Of a stretch of 64,000 bases of DNA, positions 31,250-38,937 are shown one piece after another. This DNA is from Dehalococcoidia bacterium (lineage in GTDB: Bacteria; Chloroflexota; Dehalococcoidia; Lucifugimonadales; UBA3495). Numbering within the stretch: the stretch's first letter is position 1; the number at the start of each line of letters is the position of its first letter. The translations under genes and the position numbers were made by a program. The DNA is taken from the NCBI GenBank assembly GCA_030740155.1, contig JASLXV010000069.1, forward strand, positions 64,001 through 128,000, given 5' to 3'. Under the pieces are notes generated by a model, which saw nothing but the letters and a program-made list of their open reading frames with translations, was not told where the DNA came from and ran no database searches.

Positions 31250-31650
31250 CGGGACCTCCTGGGGCAGCCGCCGCGGCGCTTCAGGGGTAGCCGAGGGGCA
31301 AGAATTTCGGGGCATGGCCTGTTCCTGAAAAGAGAGATGAGACTCTGATAGCTAACAATAGACTATCATGGCGGGCCGCCGGTAGCCATCCGCCAGAAGA
31401 GGAGGTCCCGCACCCGGCGGCCGTGACGGTCGATCCCGCGTGACGGTCGATCCCGATTGAAGAGACCGCGGCGCCCCGCAACGAGACGCCGCCCAGATAT
31501 GGGACCAGTGGAGGAAGCTCGCCTCGATGCGGTCACAGCCGGCGCCCGGGTGCATCCAGCCTCTTTACCCGGACCAAAGGCTCGAGCCCACCACCCCTTC
31601 CGACAGTCGATTGCCGTTCCGGGGTCTCGTAAATGGCTTGAAACCAGTTG

Positions 31651-31715
31651 GTAATCCCGGCGAAGGCCGGGATCCAGCTAGCGCTTCCGTGGATTCCGGT
31701 CTTCGCCGGGATGAT
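31651..31715. repeat. REP-like family A, copy 3
   Basis: GTAATCCCGGCGAAGGCCGGGATCCAG...TGGATTCCGGTCTTCGCCGGGATGAT. Confidence 0.8.
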
Positions 31716-31936
31716 GATCGCGGGGAGAGAACGTCACACAAGTACCGAGACCGGAGTAGAAACTATGCAGCGGTCAGAAAAGGATACGGACAGCGGCTAC
31801 CGCCTCAGAAATGCCGTTAGAGGGTTCACGGCATCCCTGGGGGTCTCAGGCACTGGGAATTCAACTCGATTCAGGAAACCTTTGGAAAATCCCCGGCGCG
31901 AACTTTTAGGGAATCTGATTCTCCCGGTTGCGCCGC

Positions 31937-32179
31937 CTAAGCCGCCGAGCGACCGTTGGCGTTGGCGAATAGGAACTTTTCTATGTCTTCGGGTTTGAAA
32001 CGGCGGTCGGCGCGGAAGCCGATTCGATAGCAATGAAGCAGCCCGGAGTCCGCCCAGCGGCGCACGGAGTGGGGGTGTGCATGCAGAAAATCCGCAACCT
32101 GGGTCACCGTAAGCAAGGCGCCGTTCGATTCCGTCGGCTGAAATCCATTTCCGTTATTGATCGCATGTGAACTAGCCAC
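31937..32179 (-). CDS. Small stand-alone MerR-like/excisionase-like HTH protein (BldC/Xis type)
   Basis: LLTVTQVADFLHAHPHSVRRWADSGLLHCYRIGFRADRRFKPEDI; GGAGGT RBS before GTG 32179. Confidence 0.88.
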   Translation of the reverse strand: MASSHAINNGNGFQPTESNGALLTVTQVADFLHAHPHSVRRWADSGLLHCYRIGFRADRRFKPEDIEKFLFANANGRSAA

Positions 32180-32432
32180 ATGACCTCCCTGATGGACCAA
32201 TACCTTCCGTCAAAGTACCCTTCTCCCAGCCTGCGAACAATCGGGACGACACGCAAGAGGCAAAATGCCAGCCCTCAAAAGCCTCCTCCGTTGCTTGCCT
32301 CCCGGAAAGCCGTTCCGGCCGCGATAGCGGTCGCGTTGATCGCGCTCACGCCGCCGCCGGGGTGGCGAAAGGGACACCATCTTGCAAATAGCATTACATC
32401 GGCGAAGCTGTGGGGCATCCCCGCCCGACAAT

Positions 32433-32499
32433 CGTCATTCCGGCGAAGGCCGGAATCCAGAGAAGCGTCAGCTCGACCCCGGCCTTCGTCGGGATGACG
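32433..32499. repeat. REP-like family A, copy 4
   Basis: CGTCATTCCGGCGAAGGCCGGAATCCAG...CCGGCCTTCGTCGGGATGACG. Confidence 0.85.
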
Positions 32500-32532
32500 G
32501 AACGGGTCTTAGGTCATTTGGGAGACGCCGGA

Positions 32533-32736
32533 CTAGCCGCCGCCCACGGGACGCACTATCTCCAGCACGTCGCCATCCCGGAGCTGCACCTCCGGGTACC
32601 GCTCTTTCTTTATCACTTCGCCGTTGTAGCCCACCGCCACGTGCTCCTGGTTGACGCCCATGGCCGCTAGGAAGGCGGCCAGGTCGAGGCTGGCCTCCAG
32701 GGCCTTCGCTTTTCCGTTGACGGTCAGGTTGATCAT
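32533..32736 (-). CDS. thiS: Sulfur carrier protein ThiS
   Basis: 67 aa, VNG...VAVGYNGEVI...DVLEIVRPVGGG C-terminal GG; in thi operon. Confidence 0.95.
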   Translation of the reverse strand: MINLTVNGKAKALEASLDLAAFLAAMGVNQEHVAVGYNGEVIKKERYPEVQLRDGDVLEIVRPVGGG

Positions 32737-33455
32737 CGCGTGCTGGACCCTCCCGTGGGGGCGGTTCGCCCTTGCGCGCCGGGGCCCCTACCCGTCGACG
32801 CCCGCGTTGGCGCCCAGGCGCTCAGCATGGCTTGTTTCAGTCTCCGGGCCTCGGCTTTCGGGTCGGGCGACGCCAGGATGCTGGTGATGACGGCGACTCC
32901 TCCGGCTCCGGCGCGGATGACCTCGCCCAGGTTATCGGCCGTGATCCCGCCGATGCCAATGAGGGGCACCGAGGCGGCCCTCGCTTCGAGAAGCCGCACG
33001 ATGCGCCGCACCAGGCCGGGCCCGGCGGGAGTGGCGGTGGGATGAGAGCCGGTGGCGTACATGGTCCCCACGATCAGGAAGTCCGCGCCGTCGGCGGCGG
33101 CCCGAACCGCTCCCTCCTCCGAATGCACCGACCGGCCGATGAGAGCTTGCGGCCCCATGATCCGGCGCACGGCCGCGACGGGTAGGGCGTCCTCCGGCAG
33201 CTGCACGCCGTCGACGCCGGCGGCCATGGCCACGTCCGCCCGCTCGCTTATTATCAGCAAGGCCCGGCTCCCGATAGCGTCCCTAAACGAAGCAGCCAGG
33301 CTCAGCAGATGGCATCCGGGCAAGTCCTTTTCACGGACCTGCACCAGGTCTACGCCGCCGGTGACTGCCTCGGCGGCCCGGTGCACCAGGGTGTGTTCAT
33401 CTCCCACCCGGCGGTCGGTGACCAGGCAAAGGCACGGCTCAGGGAGAGCTGGCAT
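32733..33455 (-). CDS. thiE: Thiamine-phosphate synthase
   Basis: VQVREKDL, IGRSVHS, ATGSHP, IGIGGIT; downstream of thiG. Confidence 0.9.
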   Translation of the reverse strand: MPALPEPCLCLVTDRRVGDEHTLVHRAAEAVTGGVDLVQVREKDLPGCHLLSLAASFRDAIGSRALLIISERADVAMAAGVDGVQLPEDALPVAAVRRIMGPQALIGRSVHSEEGAVRAAADGADFLIVGTMYATGSHPTATPAGPGLVRRIVRLLEARAASVPLIGIGGITADNLGEVIRAGAGGVAVITSILASPDPKAEARRLKQAMLSAWAPTRASTGRGPGAQGRTAPTGGSSTR

Positions 33456-33460
33456 CGTGA

Positions 33461-34252
33461 CTAGCTACGGGCCGTCACCGGCTGGGGCACGTCGGCGGTG
33501 GGACTGCTGGGCGCGGCGTACTGCCGGACCGCGATCCGGCCGGCCAGGTAGGCCTTACGGCCGGCCTCGACACCCTGCTTGAATGCATCCGCCATCAGAC
33601 CGGGGTCTTGCGCCTGGGCGATGGCCGTGTTGACCAGCACCGCATCCGCTCCCATCTCCAGGGCTTTGGCGGCGTCGGAGGGCACGGCCAGCCCGGCGTC
33701 CACCACCACCGGCACGCTGGACTGCTCGATGATGACCTTCAGCTCCTCGATGGTGTGAATCCCCTGCCCGGAGCCGATGGCCGAGCCGAGGGGCATCACG
33801 GTGGCGCACCCGGCCTCCTCCAACGCCTTGGCCAGGGTTGGGTCCGCGTGGATGTAGGGCAAGACGGTGAACCCTTCGGCGACGAGGAGGCGGGCCGCTT
33901 CCAGCGTCGCCGCTCCGTCGGGGAATAGGTACTTGGGGTCTGGAATTACTTCCAGCTTGACGAAATCGGTCTTACCCACTTCACGGCCCAGCCGGGCCAC
34001 GAAAAGGGCCTCCTCCACGGTGGCGCACCCTGCGGTGTTCGGCAAAATCTGGAAACGGTTCCAGTCGATGTAATCCAGGATGGTCTTCTTGGACGGATCA
34101 TCCAGGTCCAGGCGGCGAATGGCCACGGTGATCATCCCAGTGCCGGAGGCCTCGACCGCCCGGACCATATCCTCCATGCTACGGTAGCGACCGGTGCCAA
34201 GGATTAAGCGGGACTGGAAAGTCTTTCCTGCGATCACCAGTTCGTCTGACAT
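33461..34252 (-). CDS. thiG: Thiazole synthase
   Basis: [42 protein letters not shown]. Confidence 0.97.
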   Translation of the reverse strand: MSDELVIAGKTFQSRLILGTGRYRSMEDMVRAVEASGTGMITVAIRRLDLDDPSKKTILDYIDWNRFQILPNTAGCATVEEALFVARLGREVGKTDFVKLEVIPDPKYLFPDGAATLEAARLLVAEGFTVLPYIHADPTLAKALEEAGCATVMPLGSAIGSGQGIHTIEELKVIIEQSSVPVVVDAGLAVPSDAAKALEMGADAVLVNTAIAQAQDPGLMADAFKQGVEAGRKAYLAGRIAVRQYAAPSSPTADVPQPVTARS

Positions 34253-34281
34253 ACTTCCCCTATCTCCTTGTCCGCCCAAGA

Positions 34282-34316
34282 TAAAAAATAAACCGCCAGG
34301 TATTGAGCCCGGCGGT
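34282..34316 (-). terminator. Riboswitch-controlled intrinsic terminator
   Basis: ACCGCCGGG-loop-CCTGGCGGT followed by TTATTTTTT on the minus strand, between aptamer and thiG. Confidence 0.8.
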
Positions 34317-34335
34317 CACTCTGCAACTTAAACGT

Positions 34336-34434
34336 CTCATCCCTACGCCAGCATTATCTGGGTCAGGTAAGGACGGTCGGTGGCGATCTTTGGCCACCCT
34401 CTCAGCCTGGCTCACCCAAGCTCCCGCCGGAACA
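34336..34434 (-). ncRNA. TPP riboswitch
   Basis: Minus strand GGGAGC...GCTGAGAG...GACCG...ACCTGACCCAGATAATGCTGGCGTAGGGA upstream of thiG-thiE-thiS. Confidence 0.95.
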
Positions 34435-34492
34435 ATTATTATGTTGTGCGGATACCTCAACCATATCACGGCGGTTCGGGCAAGTCAACGAA

Positions 34493-35170
34493 TCAAAGTT
34501 CGTATTCCTTCAGGTCCGGGGCCATGATAAGCTCGGCCCCGGTCAACGATTGGACCTCTTCCGGGGTCCAGCCGGGCGCTACTTCTTTGAGCACCAGACC
34601 CTCCCTGGTGCACTGTATTACCGCCAGGTCCGTGACGATCAATGACACGCACTCTTTCCCGGTGAGGGGGAAGGTGCATTCCTCCACGATCTTGGGCCGG
34701 TCCTGGCGGTCGGTATGTTCCATCGCGACGATGACCTCCCTGGCCCCGGCGGCCAGGTCCATGGCGCCGCCGACGTTGCCGACTCCCCGCGCCGGGAGCA
34801 TCCAGTTGGCCAGGTCGCCTTTGGCCGAGACCTGATGGGAACCCAGGACAGTGACGTCGACGTGGCCGCCGCGGATCATGGCGAAGGCATCCGCCGAACT
34901 GAAAAAGGCCGCGCCAGGGACCGGTTTGAGGAACTGGCCGCCGGCGTTTATCAGGTCGATATCCTCTTCCCCTTCGTCGGCCAGGGGCCCGCAGTTCAGT
35001 ATTCCGCTCTCGCTGTGGTAGAAGACCACGTTGCCTTCCGGCACGAAGCTGGATACCAAAGTGGGGATACCGATGCCCAGGTTGACATAAGCGCCGTCGG
35101 GCAGCTCTTTGGCCACCCGCATGGCGATAATTTCCCGGCCCAGGCGCTCTTTGTCTTCAGAATTGGTCAT
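34493..35170 (-). CDS. Family I 3-oxoacid CoA-transferase subunit B (catalytic Glu present)
   Basis: YVNLGIGIPTLV, HSESGIL, AMIRGGHVD, GDLANW, GGAMDL. Confidence 0.95.
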   Translation of the reverse strand: MTNSEDKERLGREIIAMRVAKELPDGAYVNLGIGIPTLVSSFVPEGNVVFYHSESGILNCGPLADEGEEDIDLINAGGQFLKPVPGAAFFSSADAFAMIRGGHVDVTVLGSHQVSAKGDLANWMLPARGVGNVGGAMDLAAGAREVIVAMEHTDRQDRPKIVEECTFPLTGKECVSLIVTDLAVIQCTREGLVLKEVAPGWTPEEVQSLTGAELIMAPDLKEYEL

Positions 35171-35312
35171 AGGCCTTGGTTGCTCCGCCTAAGGTATTCT
35201 AGTAGTTCTCAAAGGGGTCAGCTAGCCAGGTCCGCATAGCATCGTATTTTCCCACGACACCCTTCGGCTCAGTCTATCAGCTAATGTTTTCTTCTCCTAG
35301 CCACCGCAGCTC

Positions 35313-35355
35313 TTGACAAGAATCGAAGCGAAAGTTACACCTGTAACACTGTTAC
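35313..35355 (+). promoter_or_regulatory. Promoter with overlapping GTTACA/TGTAAC palindromic operator
   Basis: TTGACA 35313-35318; GTTACA-CC-TGTAAC (35334-35347) and GTAACA-C-TGTTAC (35343-35355) cover the -10/+1 region. Confidence 0.6.
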
Positions 35356-35373
35356 TGAAGGTACGGTTCCTTG

Positions 35374-35940
35374 ATGCCCATAATAAGAGTTGACGACGAA
35401 GTGTATTCCGAACTGCAAAGGCGCGCTGTCGAACTTAACCTCGTGTTTGCTACTCCAAATCAAGTCCTGAGATCAGTACTTGGGCTTGCGGCGCGGACGG
35501 AGGCCAGTACAATCGTGAAAGAAAAACAACACCAACTTGCAACCACCCAAGAAATGCCAGCGGCGGCGACCTCAACCGGCAATGGCGCGCCGAGCAGCCT
35601 CAACCCAACTGTGCAAAGGCTTATTGATCGATTGCTACCTCCGCTCCAAGAGCTACTTCGCTCGTCGGGCAACATACTCAGGTACCACCCGATTTCTGGG
35701 AAATGGGTGGCCCATCCGAATAATTTTGTCGCTTTTAAAGTCCAAGAAGCGCGGGCGAACAACCTTTGCCTGTACGTGTATGGTAGACCGAATGACTTTA
35801 CTAACCTTGGACCGTTACTACGAATCAAGCCAGAGCGGACGAATTATTCTCGATTCAATATTGACACCCCTGAACAAGTGCGAGAGGCTTTGCTCGTGAT
35901 GCGACCGGCGTACCAGGTTAAACTGCAGCGCGGCAGGTGA
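35374..35940 (+). CDS. Hypothetical protein with N-terminal ribbon-helix-helix (SeqA-N-like) domain; AT-rich
   Basis: MPIIRVDDEVYSELQRRA...TPNQVLRSVLGL resembles the SeqA N-terminal RHH; low-complexity linker; alpha/beta C-domain. Confidence 0.75.
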   Translation: MPIIRVDDEVYSELQRRAVELNLVFATPNQVLRSVLGLAARTEASTIVKEKQHQLATTQEMPAAATSTGNGAPSSLNPTVQRLIDRLLPPLQELLRSSGNILRYHPISGKWVAHPNNFVAFKVQEARANNLCLYVYGRPNDFTNLGPLLRIKPERTNYSRFNIDTPEQVREALLVMRPAYQVKLQRGR

Positions 35941-35986
35941 GCCTTCGGTATCCTGAGGAACACCTGTGCATAGCCGTGACAAAAAG

Positions 35987-37396
35987 TCACTGATAGGCGG
36001 AGAAGCCGGCGGGCCGCTTGACGATCCGGTCAACGTAAATGCCCGGAGTGACGATCTCCTCGGGGCTGAGGCTTCCCGGCTCCACTATCTCGTCCACCTC
36101 CATCACCGTGATTCGGGACGCCGTCGCCATCACCGGGTTGAAGTTTCGGGACGTGCCCTTGTAGACCACGTTGCCCAGGGTATCCGCCTTGTGCCCCCGG
36201 ATCAGGCAAAAGTCGGCCGTCAACCCGGTCTCAAGCACGTACTCTTTGCCGTCGATGACCCTCGTCTCCTTGCCCTCGGCCAGGAGGGTGCCGGCCCCGG
36301 TGGGCGTGTAAAAGGCGGCGACACCGGCCCCGCCGGCCCGCAGCCGCTCCGCCAGCGTGCCCTGGGGCACCAGTTCCAGCTCCACCTCACCTCGTTGGAA
36401 GGCCAACTCGAAGGAGCTTGGCTGGGAAGCTCGCGGCGAAACCGGAAACGAGGAGATGGATTTCTTCACCTGCTTGTTGTCCACAAGGACGCTCTGATCG
36501 ATGGCCAGACGCCCCGGTGGCGTGCCAAAATTCACCACCCGGGCTATCCCGGCGGTGTTGCTGATCATGGTCAAGTCTTTGGCTCCCTGGTCCCGGAGGG
36601 CCAACAACAGGTAGTGTGCCATGCCGCCGGGACCGGCGAAGCCGTCGATGTTCACCACCGCGCCGTCGGGCACGTCGCGGACCGCATCCCGGGCGGTGTA
36701 GACCTTGCTGGGAGGCTCCAGCCGGGGAATGTCGAAGCTCATCTCCCGCAGGCCGACGGCTGCCTGCAGGGGCGCTCCGGTGATGGCGGCAACGCCGTCC
36801 ACGGTCCAACCAGGAGCCAACTCGGCCAGCACCAGGCGGTCTGGCGTAACCCGTATCACAGCCACATCGGTGATGATCGTCTCGACACACCCTATCCCAT
36901 CGACGGGTAGAGACGACCGGTCCACGATGTTGGGGCTGCCGTCCGGCCCGGTATGGGACATCATCGCAATTACGCGGCCCGCGCCCGAGGCCCAATCGAC
37001 GGCCGAGGCGGGAGCGAACAGCCCCGGCGTTGCCCCGGCGGTCCAATGAGTGAAGTCGCCCCCGGCGGTCACCTGGGCGGGCTGAAGTACCGCGGCGCCG
37101 ACACGTCCGCTTCGGACCAGGGCCGCCGTGTCGACCATGCTGAGCACCGCGCCGCCCGCCAGCAGGGCAACCCCCCGGCCGTCGGAGTCCACCGGGCCGG
37201 AGCCTGAAGCGGCGCCCGGAAGGCAGTAGCCCAGCGCGCCGCTGTCGGCCAGGAAGAAGACCGCCGGCGCCGCCGGCATCTCTCCGGGTATTCGGCTTGG
37301 CAGCCCCGGACCCAACCCGACGACTGATCCCGGAGAAAACTCCCGTGCCACCCGCCGGGCCATGGCCCGATCGTCGATTCTTGCCGCTCCGGGCAT
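35987..37396 (-). CDS. Family I CoA-transferase fusion: degenerate subunit-B domain followed by subunit-A domain
   Basis: N-half VGLGPGLP, LADSGAL, IITDVAV (B-like); C-half DGAVVNIDGFAG, LTMISN, PQGTLAERLRAGGAG, ADTLGN, RNFNPVMA, VTPGIYV (A-like). Confidence 0.9.
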   Translation of the reverse strand: MPGAARIDDRAMARRVAREFSPGSVVGLGPGLPSRIPGEMPAAPAVFFLADSGALGYCLPGAASGSGPVDSDGRGVALLAGGAVLSMVDTAALVRSGRVGAAVLQPAQVTAGGDFTHWTAGATPGLFAPASAVDWASGAGRVIAMMSHTGPDGSPNIVDRSSLPVDGIGCVETIITDVAVIRVTPDRLVLAELAPGWTVDGVAAITGAPLQAAVGLREMSFDIPRLEPPSKVYTARDAVRDVPDGAVVNIDGFAGPGGMAHYLLLALRDQGAKDLTMISNTAGIARVVNFGTPPGRLAIDQSVLVDNKQVKKSISSFPVSPRASQPSSFELAFQRGEVELELVPQGTLAERLRAGGAGVAAFYTPTGAGTLLAEGKETRVIDGKEYVLETGLTADFCLIRGHKADTLGNVVYKGTSRNFNPVMATASRITVMEVDEIVEPGSLSPEEIVTPGIYVDRIVKRPAGFSAYQ

Positions 37397-37418
37397 GCTT
37401 GTGACGCCTCCAAAATCA

Positions 37419-37502
37419 AGCTATCAGCGATCAGCCATCAGCTTTCAGCACCCATCCCCTTTGGTGAAGCGGAGTGTACCTGACGGCTGACGGCTGACTG
37501 CT
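37419..37502. repeat. Heptamer-repeat inverted arms
   Basis: AGCTATCAGCGATCAGCCATCAGCTTTCAGC ... CTGACGGCTGACGGCTGACTGCT. Confidence 0.7.
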
Positions 37503-38277
37503 ATCCTGTTTTGACGATACGGTTGATGAAGATGCCGGGGGTGATGATCGTCTCAGGGTTCAGGTCCCCCGGTTCGAGGATCCGGCCCACCTCCGCGATG
37601 CTGACCCTGGCGGCCATGGCCATGACCGGGTTCCAGTTGCGTTGGGTGTCACGGTAGACCAGGTTGCCCAGGGTGTCGGCGGCATCGGCGCGGAGCAGGG
37701 CAAAGTCGGCGTGCAGCGCCGGCTCAAATACCTGGTCCCGATCTCCGAATCTGCGGACCTCCCGGCCCTCTCCGAAGCGGGTACCGGCTCCGGCAGGGAT
37801 AAACACGCCGCCCAGTCCCGCGCCGCCCGCCCGCAGCCGCTCGGCCAGGATTCCCTGAGGCGCCACCTCAATCTCCAGGTCGCCCGACCTCCATCGGGCT
37901 TCCACCGGCCCGCCGTGCCCCGGATAGAAAGGCAGCGGCGAGATCAGCTTCCGGACCTGACCTCCTGCCACCAGCGCCTCGATTCCGCTGAGGGAAGGCT
38001 CGGAGGCTGCCGCGCCCGCGAGGGGGCCTGCGCCGGAGGGGACCTGCCAAGCCCCGTGGCAGATGGCGGTCAGGTTAGCGGCCGCATTGGCGCGCAACGC
38101 CCCAAGGAGGCTTTCCGGGCAGCCGCACCCGGCGAAGCCGGCGATTAGCAACACAGCGCCGTCGAAGATATCCGCCACGGCGGCCTCCGGAGAAGCGAAC
38201 ACCTTTTTTCGGGCCGAAGGGCTTGCCGCTCCCTGGCCCGCAGCTTCCTGGTTAATGGTGGTTCCCCTGTCTTTCAT
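37501..38277 (-). CDS. Family I CoA-transferase subunit A-like (divergent); start uncertain
   Basis: DIFDGAVLLIAGFAGCG, PQGILAERLRAGGAG, ADTLGNL, RNWNPVMA, ITPGIFI. Confidence 0.88.
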   Translation of the reverse strand: MKDRGTTINQEAAGQGAASPSARKKVFASPEAAVADIFDGAVLLIAGFAGCGCPESLLGALRANAAANLTAICHGAWQVPSGAGPLAGAAASEPSLSGIEALVAGGQVRKLISPLPFYPGHGGPVEARWRSGDLEIEVAPQGILAERLRAGGAGLGGVFIPAGAGTRFGEGREVRRFGDRDQVFEPALHADFALLRADAADTLGNLVYRDTQRNWNPVMAMAARVSIAEVGRILEPGDLNPETIITPGIFINRIVKTG

Positions 38278-38349
38278 GGGCCCCGTGGGGACCCGATTTC
38301 CAAGGCATTCTAGCCGCTCGCCCACCTCCGGTACAACCCCACCGCCCGG

Positions 38350-38402
38350 GCCCTCACCCAGCCCAAGCTGCGCCACGGTATCCCTCTCCCAAAGGGCGAG
38401 GG
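38350..38402. repeat. REP-like family B (GCCCTCACCC...CCCTCTCCCnnnGGGAGAGGG), copy 1
   Basis: Similar to copies at 44523, 48026, 52710 and 56572. Confidence 0.8.
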
Positions 38403-38439
38403 CGACGGCCGCGAAATCGCGGGATTCGATGGATAATCG

Positions 38440-38468
38440 TTGACAGAAGAATTCCGGATGGGTAGGCT
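38440..38468 (+). promoter_or_regulatory. Sigma70-type promoter for moaD-like/aor genes
   Basis: TTGACA, 17 bp, TAGGCT. Confidence 0.6.
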
Positions 38469-38536
38469 GTGCAGAGCGAACATCGGCGCCGGTGCTCGAA
38501 TGGGCTCCAATCGCCGGGTACTTTGAGGCGGGAACG

Positions 38537-38842
38537 ATGTTGACGGTAAAGCTCGAGGTTTTGTCCTGGCTCACCCCTGCCTTCGAGACGGACCAGCGGG
38601 CCCGGCTCAAGTTGGAGCAGGAGGTCGAATCGGGGGCAACCATGAGAGACCTCTTCAAGCAATTGGCGGACCAATTCCCCAAACTCCAGGGATTGATCTA
38701 CGATCCCGATGATGGTGCGCTCACCGGGCAGGTAAGCATCATCTTCAACAATCGGGTCCTGGAACTCGCGGGCGGTCTCGACGCCAAGATTCAGGATGGC
38801 GATAGCGTCGTGCTGCTCCCGGCCTACGCCGGAGGCAGCTAG
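38537..38842 (+). CDS. MoaD/ThiS-family ubiquitin-like protein ending ...GGS
   Basis: GATMRDL, IIFNNR, IQDGDSVVLLPAYAGGS; adjacent to AOR. Confidence 0.88.
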   Translation: MLTVKLEVLSWLTPAFETDQRARLKLEQEVESGATMRDLFKQLADQFPKLQGLIYDPDDGALTGQVSIIFNNRVLELAGGLDAKIQDGDSVVLLPAYAGGS

Positions 38843-38937
38843 ACCCCAGATTCTCTTCATATGTATGTCCAAGGGCGGCCGAAGACGGCCCCACGGATTC
38901 CGGTTTTCCAAAAACAACCTGCAAGGGGGTCCCCACC

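Noticed and set aside
38278..38682. N-terminal extension of the CoA-transferase A ORF
   Set aside because: Overlaps the moaD-like gene, its promoter and a REP element.
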